Below the pieces are notes generated by a model. It had not been told where the DNA came from. It ran no database searches and saw only the letters and a list, made by a program, of their open reading frames with translations. The position numbers were made by a program, and so were the translations under genes. Shown piece by piece: positions 1 through 8,174 of a stretch of DNA of 35,675 nt (position 1 is the stretch's first letter; every line of letters begins with the position of its first letter). The DNA is from Promethearchaeota archaeon Loki_b31 (GTDB lineage Archaea > Asgardarchaeota > Lokiarchaeia > Sigyniarchaeales > SOKP01), in NCBI GenBank assembly GCA_005222975.1, contig NJBI01000037.1, positions 1 through 35,675 on the forward strand. Reading direction: 5' to 3'.

Positions 1-206
1 TTACAATCCTTACAAATGAATGTTACTTTCTCGTATCTTATCCGCCTACAGATCGTCGGCGTGCCAAGGTCTTGAATTGTTCGCATTTTATACGTTTTGC
101 GTTTAATTTTTTCGCTACCGCAAGAGGAACATTTTTCAGGGAAGAAATCTGCGTCCGAATGCTCGCGAATTTCAACTTCTAACTTATCTTCGTGTTTTTT
201 TTCCAT
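1..206 (-). CDS. ISL3-type zinc-finger transposase N-terminus (partial, runs off window edge)
   Basis: Not in ORF track. Manual translation from ATG at 206: MEKKHEDKLEVEIREHSDADFFPEKCSSCGSEKIKRKTYKMRTIQDLGTPTICRRIRYEKVTFICKDC; CxxC...R-x-I-x-D-L...CxxC is the zf-ISL3 pattern. Confidence 0.65.
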   Translation of the reverse strand, partial: MEKKHEDKLEVEIREHSDADFFPEKCSSCGSEKIKRKTYKMRTIQDLGTPTICRRIRYEKVTFICKDC

Positions 207-593
207 GAATAATATTTGGTTTTTGAAGATTTAAGTTTTTTGTTTTAATTGGTTGGTAGAATTGGAGGATACGGGAATTGAGACGTGTAATAAGAAACAA
301 GCTACATCTTTTAGAGGAAATTTGCTTAATAAGCTAAATAAGTTGAATAATACACAAATTTTGTCGAATGAAAACATTTAAATGATTTATTAGCTATTCT
401 TTAATAAACATACTCGAGATTTAAAAAATAATGTTCTTTAAGGAAATAATTATGTCTAATAAATTAATTTAGACATAAAAGTCATATTATATTGAGGTAA
501 TAATATTTTGGAAAAATTAAAAATCTAAAATTAGTTCATTAAGCATTTAATACTTCGTTAGAGAAGATACCATAATAACAGTTAGTCTTAAAA

Positions 594-697
594 TGGGAAA
601 GGGGGGCTTCGAACCCCCGACCTCACGGTTATCAGCCGTGCGCTATACCAGGCTAAGCCACTGAAGAGATACTTCGATTATAAGAATCCTCTCTCCC
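594..697 (-). tRNA. tRNA-Ile(GAU) with 30-nt non-canonical intron (661-690)
   Basis: Anticodon arm CACGG-CTGATAA-CCGTG, T arm GGGGG-TTCGAAG-CCCCC, acceptor GGGAGAG/CTTTCCC plus discriminator A. Removing 661-690 gives a 74-nt cloverleaf. Confidence 0.88.
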
Positions 698-857
698 AAG
701 CCGCTTCCCCATTCAAGGATAAGTAGTAAATTCAATAATTCTTTATTTTTTATATATTTAAATAGTTACTATTAAAGTTTAATGTGATCGAATAATTTAA
801 ATTATATCTACCTAAAAAATTTTTTGAGTATTTATAAAATAAAAATTTCTTTTATAT

Positions 858-2327
858 CTACAAAAAGTCATCTAAAGAACCTTTAATTCTATATGGTTCA
901 TCTTCTCCTAAAGGATCAAATCTAATAAAAGGATCGTATTTCATTCGAACATCATTAAAACCAAATATTTCTTTAATTTGCTTATTAAATTGTTGAATAA
1001 TTTCCTGTATTACTTCTTTTTGATTATTTAATAATTTTCTTCTATCAAAACCGTTTTTCTCTTTTAATCGTATTAATATTCCTTTTTTTTCATAAGAAAC
1101 TTCATTTTTAACAGAATCTCTCGCATTTATTATAGCAAAATCCCTCATATTATTACAGAAAGGATTTTTTTCTAGATCTTCCTCATCATGATGAATACCA
1201 TCATATTCTCCACCTATAGCAAATTCATAATTATCACCGTTATTCCCTACAATGCAAACATTAGGACAAAAATGATCATATCGTAATTGACCAGCGAAAA
1301 CACGAATCTTATATTTTATTCTATTAATTTCTATTGTTCGATTAATAACTTTTTCTCTATCAATTTCACAAGCCTGTTTTAGGCTAACTTGAGCTTCAAA
1401 TTCTTTGTTGAAAAACTGGCTTAAATAATTCCTCATCATCCTTTCACAAAAATGCTCATTGCAATGCGGGCACCAATTATAATCATATATTAATTTTCTC
1501 ACCTGAATCAGAAACTTGTGCCCTTCTCCGCATGATATATTTATATATCTATCAGTAGGATATTCGGACATTGATTCAAAAATTACTTTCGGAGTTAGAA
1601 CATACGCCTTTCCATAACTTCGTTGATGAACGAAGTCTTCAATATCCTCATATTCAATTTTCCTTCGTTTAGCGCACTGCTTCCCCCATATTGCATCATA
1701 AATTGCATGTGATTCTTCAAGACTATAACATTTAGTTTGAATAAGATAGTCTATTACCCACGGTTTAAATGTATTTTTACTGAGTATCCGACATAATTTA
1801 GTGTTTAATAGCCTATTCCTCGTCGGTATTAAAGAGGTTCTCTCAGGATATAATCTAATATAATTTTCAATTATTTCATAAAACCTAATTTTTTTTCTTT
1901 GTTCAGCAGAACTCTCTGGCCAAAATAATTTAATAATATCATCAACTACTTTTTTTCCATATATTATCTCCAGCCAAGTTGAAATATAAGCCCTAAGAGT
2001 TGGTCTTGAAATTCCTAAACGCTCTGAAATTGTTCGTAATGATCCAAATCTGTCATCATATATAATATCTTTAAAACAATTTATTGGGTCATTTCCCAAT
2101 AAATCTATTACATAATTTCTAATTTTTTGTTTTTCTATTTCACTGAGATTTGAACTACTAAGGTGTGAACCCAAATTTATATTGTTAGAAGGATAAAAAC
2201 CTGAATCATTCTCTTCGCAATAAGTAGAATAGCGATCTTTGGAATTACGTAATCCACAATAACCTTTACCACTAACGTAATCTCTTTTCTGAGAATTGTC
2301 ATTCCTTTTTTTATTTTCCTTTTTCAT
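858..2327 (-). CDS. HTH + Zn-ribbon + PD-(D/E)xK (Vsr/DUF559-like) endonuclease
   Basis: HTH LRTISERLGISRPTLRAYI; Zn ribbon CGEGH...WCPHC; nuclease-like motifs LRYDHF, GEYDGIHH, RDSVK, LIRL. Confidence 0.65.
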   Translation of the reverse strand: MKKENKKRNDNSQKRDYVSGKGYCGLRNSKDRYSTYCEENDSGFYPSNNINLGSHLSSSNLSEIEKQKIRNYVIDLLGNDPINCFKDIIYDDRFGSLRTISERLGISRPTLRAYISTWLEIIYGKKVVDDIIKLFWPESSAEQRKKIRFYEIIENYIRLYPERTSLIPTRNRLLNTKLCRILSKNTFKPWVIDYLIQTKCYSLEESHAIYDAIWGKQCAKRRKIEYEDIEDFVHQRSYGKAYVLTPKVIFESMSEYPTDRYINISCGEGHKFLIQVRKLIYDYNWCPHCNEHFCERMMRNYLSQFFNKEFEAQVSLKQACEIDREKVINRTIEINRIKYKIRVFAGQLRYDHFCPNVCIVGNNGDNYEFAIGGEYDGIHHDEEDLEKNPFCNNMRDFAIINARDSVKNEVSYEKKGILIRLKEKNGFDRRKLLNNQKEVIQEIIQQFNKQIKEIFGFNDVRMKYDPFIRFDPLGEDEPYRIKGSLDDFL

Positions 2328-2345
2328 ATAATCCCATACATTTTA

Positions 2346-2483
2346 TTATTTTTCTTTTACTTCATTTTTGATTAAATTTTTATCTTTAAATTTATATACA
2401 TCTTGATAAATTGCTAAGCAATAGAACAAAAATCTATAATTTTTATTTTGAGCCTTATTAGAACTATCTATTTTAAAATTCAT
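2346..2483 (-). CDS. possible 45-aa small protein
   Basis: ATG-to-TAA frame (MNFKIDSSNK...EVKEK) ending 18 nt upstream of the nuclease gene on the same strand; no recognisable motif. Confidence 0.25.
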   Translation of the reverse strand: MNFKIDSSNKAQNKNYRFLFYCLAIYQDVYKFKDKNLIKNEVKEK

Positions 2484-2959
2484 GACATTAATTTTTTTCT
2501 TTTCTCTTTAGAGATATGACTCTTAAAGTTTATAAATTTATATATTTTCTATTCAAACGATTTTGTCTTTATAAATATATTAAAAATCTTTTATGAAATT
2601 TTGCCTTTATAAGTATATCATAAAATTCATGAAAAGGAATACCCCTTAAATACCTTATACTACTGTAAACTATCTTGGGATAATGTTTTATACTTCAATA
2701 AATTATATTCCCTTGGTTTTTAAATTATTAAACAATAAGGGAGTAAAGGTTTAATTATAATTCCCTCTCAAGCTAATAATAATCTTTTAAAAAGTAGAAT
2801 GGTATAACTCTAATATATGTTCAGAGAACACATTTAATAGTGTAAAAATGATTATTTTAAAAAGCATTAACGAACGAATAAATTTACAAAACTTTTGGCT
2901 TCTAAAGCCTCAAATTTTAATAGAATAAAGAGCATACTTTTTTATAATAATCTTAAAAA

Positions 2960-3400
2960 GTGAATTTAATGTCTAATATTTTAAACTATTCTATTATTGG
3001 GTTAGAGGATTATCTAATAAGTTTTGAAAGCTATTGTTCACCATGTGAAATCCAAAAGTTTTGTAAATATGGAAAAACAGAGTCTTTTTCGATAACGATA
3101 AATTGCGGCGATTTAAATAGGGCAAAAGAAAAAATTAAATTTGACCAGCTTCAGAAGCTTCAAAAAAAAGAGGACGTTTCTGTCACTTATGAAGAGCTAA
3201 TTAAGAAAGTGAAGATAAACTTGCAAAGTATTTTTAGTCAAATATGGAAAGAAAAAGTCAAAGCTCAAAAAGAGGAAATTAGATGTCTAGATTCGAGAAA
3301 AACAGACTCTATGCTTGTTGCTCAACAAGGTCAAGATTGGTGGCAAGACTTTGTTACAACAATGAAAGAAATAAATCGAGAGTGTAAAAAAATCCTGTAG
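2960..3400 (+). CDS. hypothetical protein, Cys-containing (possible Zn binding)
   Basis: 146-aa ORF with CSPCEIQKFC and further Cys residues; helical C-terminus. Confidence 0.7.
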   Translation: MNLMSNILNYSIIGLEDYLISFESYCSPCEIQKFCKYGKTESFSITINCGDLNRAKEKIKFDQLQKLQKKEDVSVTYEELIKKVKINLQSIFSQIWKEKVKAQKEEIRCLDSRKTDSMLVAQQGQDWWQDFVTTMKEINRECKKIL

Positions 3401-3599
3401 ATCAACCCTACAATTTGAATATAACATCAAAAAAACGAATTTAATTTTTTAAATTTGAAAGTTTTATATATAAAAGTAGGAACCCTAGAAAAACTAAGAT
3501 AAATTTGGTGATATCTGTTACAAGTGTTATGATTTGTGGATTTACAACTTTTATATCATTAATGCTGTAGGATATTGTAGACAGCAAATAATTTTGATC

Positions 3600-3628
3600 G
3601 AAAGATTTATATATCCAAAGTGGATATA
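3600..3628 (+). promoter_or_regulatory. BRE/TATA promoter with overlapping 8-3-8 palindrome upstream of tfb
   Basis: GAAAGA-TTTATATA (TATA 3606-3613); TATATCCA-AAG-TGGATATA at 3610-3628. Confidence 0.5.
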
Positions 3629-3774
3629 ATTAATTTGCATTCAAGGAAGAAATCGATTTTCAGTCACAAGAAATTTAGATTTTCAAATAAAGCGTTTTTC
3701 AGTTAGTATACACGGGAATTTAGTAGTTTTAATATTTAGTTTGAGAATTATTTTTTTAAAAAGAGGTTTTTAAT

Positions 3775-4662
3775 ATGGAAATAAAATCTGAAGTTAGAAA
3801 TTTATCAAATTTATGTCCAGAATGTGAAGGAAAGACAATTTCAGTTCAAGAAAAGGGAGAAATCGTATGTCGTCAATGTGGGTTAGTTATAAGCGAAAGG
3901 ATTTTGGATACAGCTCATAGCGGTAAAAGAGCTTTTACAAAGCAAGAAAAAGAAAGAAGGGAAAGGATGGGATCTCCAATCTCTATTTTGTTACCTGATA
4001 TGGGTTTAAGTACGATTATTGATAAAAATAATATAACAAATCCTGATTTAAAAAGAGCTGCAAAATGGAATTCTCGTATGACTTGGGATAAAAGGAATAT
4101 GCTAATCGCCACAACTGAGTTAAAAAGAATAGGAAGTAATTTAAATTTACCCATTCATGTAAAAAAAGCCGCCATTAGGTTATATATTGAAGCATTTAAG
4201 AGAAAATTATTACGCGGCAGATCTATAAATGGGATGGTTGCCGCTTGCTTATATTTCGCTTGTAGAGAAAGAAGAATTCCAAGAACTCTTCAAGAAATAT
4301 TAGATGAAACTTCTATTAATGCAAAAAATGTAAGAAGATGTTACAGAACATTAATAAGAGAATTAAATTTGAAAGTGCCTTCTACTGATCCGATTTCTCT
4401 TATACCAAGGTATATTGCTGAATTGGGCTTAGACGCCGAAACTGAAAAAACTGCAATAAAAATTTTACAGTCTTTTATTTCAAAATATTCGACAAGTGGT
4501 AAAGATCCAAAAGGTTTGTGCGCAGGAGCATTATACTTAGTATGTAAAAAGAAAGACAAAAGGATTTCTCAAAAAGAAATTGCTAATGTTGTAGGAGTCA
4601 CAGAAGTGACTCTTCGTTCTAGGTATAAAGAATTGATAAATAAATTAAACATTAAAATATAA
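3775..4662 (+). CDS. tfb: transcription initiation factor IIB (TFB)
   Basis: Zn ribbon CPECE...CRQCGLV, two cyclin repeats (RGRSI...AACLY...PRTL; GKDPKGL), C-terminal VTEVTLRSRYKEL. Confidence 0.96.
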   Translation: MEIKSEVRNLSNLCPECEGKTISVQEKGEIVCRQCGLVISERILDTAHSGKRAFTKQEKERRERMGSPISILLPDMGLSTIIDKNNITNPDLKRAAKWNSRMTWDKRNMLIATTELKRIGSNLNLPIHVKKAAIRLYIEAFKRKLLRGRSINGMVAACLYFACRERRIPRTLQEILDETSINAKNVRRCYRTLIRELNLKVPSTDPISLIPRYIAELGLDAETEKTAIKILQSFISKYSTSGKDPKGLCAGALYLVCKKKDKRISQKEIANVVGVTEVTLRSRYKELINKLNIKI

Positions 4663-4672
4663 TTTTTTTCTT

Positions 4673-5254
4673 TTAAAATTCTTTTTTCAGAAGGAGTTTA
4701 ATAAAATCTGGAAGGGTCATTAAATAGCTTTGAGCATTAGGAAGCTGTTCTTTGATCTTTATAAATAGTTGAGAATAATGTTCTGCCTTATCTTTTTGTT
4801 TTAGAACTTCGTTGCGCGATTGTTCTCGTATTGGCTCAACAGGAATTCCACGTAATACAGATCTAGCAGGAATTATTAAGCCTGGGGGAATTTGGCTTTT
4901 ATTGATAATTATTGAACCTTCACCAATTGAACTTTCTTCGTAAATAAGAGTACCTTCCATAATTTGAACATAATCTTCCATAAAACACCCTAAAATGGTA
5001 ACTCCCGATTCAATAATGCAATATCGCCCTATATGAATTGAGCTTTTTTGGGATCTTGTAAACATCATAACACCATTAAATACGGTAGTGTACTCTCCAA
5101 TGTTAATTTTAGAGTTTTCAGCACGTATAATAGAGCCAGGCCATATAATAGCATTATCATTTACAGTGACATCACCTATTAAAGTAGCAAGTGGAGATAC
5201 ATAACTATTACTACTGATATTAGGACTTCTTCCGTTATATTCAAGTAATACTAT
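4673..5254 (-). CDS. left-handed beta-helix protein of gamma-carbonic anhydrase superfamily, Zn ligands absent
   Basis: Frame stays open 62 codons upstream of the tracked start (IVLLEYNGRSPNISSNSYVSPLATLIGDVTVNDNAIIWPGSIIRAE...); hexapeptide repeats, PPGLIIP..SVLRGIP motif, C-terminal helix. Start inferred at ATA 5254. Confidence 0.85.
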   Translation of the reverse strand: MVLLEYNGRSPNISSNSYVSPLATLIGDVTVNDNAIIWPGSIIRAENSKINIGEYTTVFNGVMMFTRSQKSSIHIGRYCIIESGVTILGCFMEDYVQIMEGTLIYEESSIGEGSIIINKSQIPPGLIIPARSVLRGIPVEPIREQSRNEVLKQKDKAEHYSQLFIKIKEQLPNAQSYLMTLPDFIKLLLKKEF

Positions 5255-5351
5255 TTTTTTTCATCTCTTTAAATAATTTTATTTTATATTAAAACTAAAA
5301 AGAAGGTAAAATTTTAACCATTTAAATTTAATTTATTTATTAATTTCTAAT

Positions 5352-5430
5352 GAGTGTATTTTTAAATCTATAAATAAACCTTATTTTTAAAAGTTTTAAA
5401 TCTTATTCCGACTAAAATCTTGATTATCCT
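5352..5430 (+). repeat. terminal inverted repeat (downstream end of transposase)
   Basis: GAGTGTATTTTTAAATCTATAAATAAACC...GATTATCCT; reverse complement of 7109-7187 with 5 mismatches; contains the transposase stop codon. Confidence 0.95.
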
Positions 5431-6893
5431 ATTCGTAAAAAAGTCGGATTTCGCGAGTATTCCGGTAAGAGTATTTGAAAACCGTCTTTTTTTGCAATTT
5501 CGGGAAATACTGAATAAAAATCAACGCCTTTTGTCATAGTAAAGATACGAGTTTTCCCAATTAGGTCAGGTCTACCGAGTTTATAGGCCGTATTAATTTT
5601 GAGAAGATCTAAAATTAAAATTAAATAACGATGTTTTGACACCATTTCTAATCCACGCACGTTTGCTCGTCTTGCGTGATACACCACTATAATGTGCGAA
5701 AACTGTCGCTCAATTTCAGATCTAATGTTCATCAATAAGATTAAATCTTCTTTAGTCCAATTAGAGGGAATGAAATCCATGTTAACGTAGAAATTGTCAG
5801 TTAATTTCATTATATTTTGATTTTTTATGGACTTTTTCGAGTTGATTAAAGGGATTATACCCATTTCAAACAGCCACCGTAAAATCTCGATGGAATACGG
5901 ACCGGCATCAGCAAGAATTATTAAGGGTCTCTCTAAACCTAACTTAAAAAAATGTTTAAATGTCTCTTTAAAGACTGTATACTCGTCAATATTACCCGAG
6001 AATAACTCACAATAAATCGGAACAGAACGATTACTGCAATAGGCGTATATGGTAGAAACTTTATAGCCCACGCCATAGATCTTTCCTTGATGCATGCAAA
6101 ATCCCGCCTCTGGATCGTTATAAGACCCTTTTTCTTTATTAAAATGATCGCTACTATTTGAATGAACAAATTGACAATCCCAAATAAGTATTCTGTTTTT
6201 AACAATCTTAAACTCATAAGCTTCTTCGAGCAGTTCGAAAAAGAATTGCTTTAGCGCTTTTAAAGGAATAGATCTCATGGCATGACTTACTATATTTACG
6301 CCAGGGAAGTAGTCCGGGTCGTGAAGCACGGTTTTAAGATAATTGGCTTGAAAATATCTAATTGCATTCAAGTATGACGTGTAATTATCAATTCCTATGT
6401 GAATGCGGGAGAGTTCAAAGATGATTATATCGTGTAGGAATCGATTCTTAAAAGAAATATCCCTTGCTTCTAATGTCTCTTGAAGATCATCAAAATAAGA
6501 GAAATTGTTGCAAATTATAATGTGTTCAAAAAAACCAGTAAAGCCAGAAAGTGCTTTCAGCATTAGTTTTTCAACCCGAACAATTCCTTCATAATTTATC
6601 TCTGACTCAGGTACAACCGCCACGTCTCGGAATCTCCTAAGATATTGAGGTTTTGTGGGTGTTAAATCTCCCTTTTTAATAAAACGGTCAATTTTATAGA
6701 ATAATTTTGTAATATCTTTCTTCCTACCACGCTTCTGTTTAGGTTTTCGAGGTACGCTATAAATGAGTTTCATCGCTGTCCTGTAATCCCTTTGAATGCT
6801 CATTACATAAACATATTTCTTAACCCCAAAAATATAATCTGTAATTTGCATTTGGGTAATTGAATCCTTATTTTTATATTTTAAGACAATCAA
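5424..6893 (-). CDS. DDE transposase (DDE_Tnp_1-like, IS4/IS5/IS1182 clan)
   Basis: LIWDCQF (D), DPEAGF...YGVGYKV, IILADAGPYS (D), IRSEIERQFS (R-x-x-I-E); GAGG RBS 7 nt before TTG start. Confidence 0.9.
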   Translation of the reverse strand: MIVLKYKNKDSITQMQITDYIFGVKKYVYVMSIQRDYRTAMKLIYSVPRKPKQKRGRKKDITKLFYKIDRFIKKGDLTPTKPQYLRRFRDVAVVPESEINYEGIVRVEKLMLKALSGFTGFFEHIIICNNFSYFDDLQETLEARDISFKNRFLHDIIIFELSRIHIGIDNYTSYLNAIRYFQANYLKTVLHDPDYFPGVNIVSHAMRSIPLKALKQFFFELLEEAYEFKIVKNRILIWDCQFVHSNSSDHFNKEKGSYNDPEAGFCMHQGKIYGVGYKVSTIYAYCSNRSVPIYCELFSGNIDEYTVFKETFKHFFKLGLERPLIILADAGPYSIEILRWLFEMGIIPLINSKKSIKNQNIMKLTDNFYVNMDFIPSNWTKEDLILLMNIRSEIERQFSHIIVVYHARRANVRGLEMVSKHRYLILILDLLKINTAYKLGRPDLIGKTRIFTMTKGVDFYSVFPEIAKKDGFQILLPEYSRNPTFLRIG

Positions 6894-7108
6894 TTGTTTT
6901 CCTCGTTCTTTTATGATTATAAAATTAAGAGATTATTTAAATGTTTTGGTTGAATTAAGGCGTTTTAATAAATGTTTTCACTCAAAAGATCACTGATTTC
7001 ATTTTTTAAAATTCAGAGTTAGAATAATTAATGTGGAACACTGATATACTATTTGATTTCGTATTAAGACCTAGCTCCATCCTCGATTTTTGCGACAAAA
7101 TTTAAAAG

Positions 7109-7187
7109 AGGATAATCAGAAATTTAGTCGGAATAAGATTTAAAACTTTTAAAAATAAGATTTATTTATAGATTTAAAAATACCCTC
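7109..7187 (-). repeat. terminal inverted repeat (upstream end of transposase)
   Basis: Reverse complement matches 5352-5430. Confidence 0.95.
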
Positions 7188-7257
7188 TAATGGATTCTTT
7201 TCATTATTATTGGTATTATTTCATCTTTATTTTTAAGATAAAAATTAGAAGTCCCGT

Positions 7258-8085
7258 TTAGTTATGAATCTTAATAGGATTTTTGGTATCATAAAAGTAG
7301 AACTCGTCGTGTGGAAATTCTAAACTTAAAAAATTATACAATTTTCTCAATGCTATCGTTTGATAATTGTAAAGAGGTATTTGAATTAAGTTTAAGCCTG
7401 ATTCTCTCGCGTAATCTGCAAAATTATGATTCATGTTTCCTGAAAGATAGCAATCACATCCATGCGTTAAAGCTTTTCTTAAGTAATTTAAATCCGTTAT
7501 TTCCCCTCCTACGATACAAATTTTATTAATTTCTGCACTTGATTCGCCTACAAATGAAATTTTTTCTATTTGTAAATTTGATTTGATCCTATTCAATAAA
7601 TTGTCTAAGTTTAATGCCATTTTAGTCCTTGTGTATAAGTTTGGTAAACAAATCCTCCCGATAGGAACGATCTCGCCTTTATCATTCTCGATATTAAAAG
7701 GTTTATCCAATTTTAAATATAAAGATTCCATAATAGTTTCTGAAATTCCACCTTCTGCAGCAATAAAAGGTGAACCTAGTACAAATACTAATGTTGGATA
7801 TTTAGAAAGCAAAGTTAATTTATTTATTAATAATTGGTTAAAATTAGTAATTGGTTCATTAGTAAGGCCGTAAAGTGAAATAATTAGATTGATTTTATTT
7901 TTGATTGCATAGTGAATTGATTCTAAACTCAAATCAACTGAAAACAATATCCTTTTAATATGCTTTTTTTTGCTGACTTGGCCGTAATGTAACCCGTAGT
8001 TTTCGGAATTAATCCTATATATTTTCGGAGATAATTTTTTTTCAAATAAGGATTTAATCTTATCAAAAAACATATTAACCATCAA
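7258..8085 (-). CDS. NIF3/YbgI-family protein, metal-ligand motifs degenerate
   Basis: ENYGLHYG, ILFSVDLS, NLIIS, IGRI, KICIVGG, DCYLSG match the NIF3 scaffold. Confidence 0.85.
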   Translation of the reverse strand: MMVNMFFDKIKSLFEKKLSPKIYRINSENYGLHYGQVSKKKHIKRILFSVDLSLESIHYAIKNKINLIISLYGLTNEPITNFNQLLINKLTLLSKYPTLVFVLGSPFIAAEGGISETIMESLYLKLDKPFNIENDKGEIVPIGRICLPNLYTRTKMALNLDNLLNRIKSNLQIEKISFVGESSAEINKICIVGGEITDLNYLRKALTHGCDCYLSGNMNHNFADYARESGLNLIQIPLYNYQTIALRKLYNFLSLEFPHDEFYFYDTKNPIKIHN

Positions 8086-8174
8086 CCTTTAAGGCATTAA
8101 TTGAGATTTTAAAAAACTACAAAAATTAAAAGTCTGTGTAGGTTTTTTAAAAATTAATACAAAAAATTATTCAT

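Larger units (their letters stand above)
5352..7187 (-). mobile_element. complete insertion sequence (IS4/IS5 clan DDE), 1,836 bp
   Basis: 79-bp TIRs beginning GAG (74/79 identical), TAAT duplicated at 5348-5351 and 7188-7191, single transposase ORF inside. Confidence 0.93.

Noticed and set aside
698-710. Alternative tRNA-Ile 5' exon GGGGAAGCGGCTT (43-nt intron, possibly C8 needing editing)
   Set aside because: It can pair with the 3' acceptor strand, but no BHB-like motif gives a correct product, whereas the 7/8 model does. Not fully excluded.
5261-5263. In-frame TGA ahead of the gamma-CA-like gene as possible selenocysteine
   Set aside because: No upstream start or homologous sequence; the TGA is better explained as part of an RBS-like GAGATGA.
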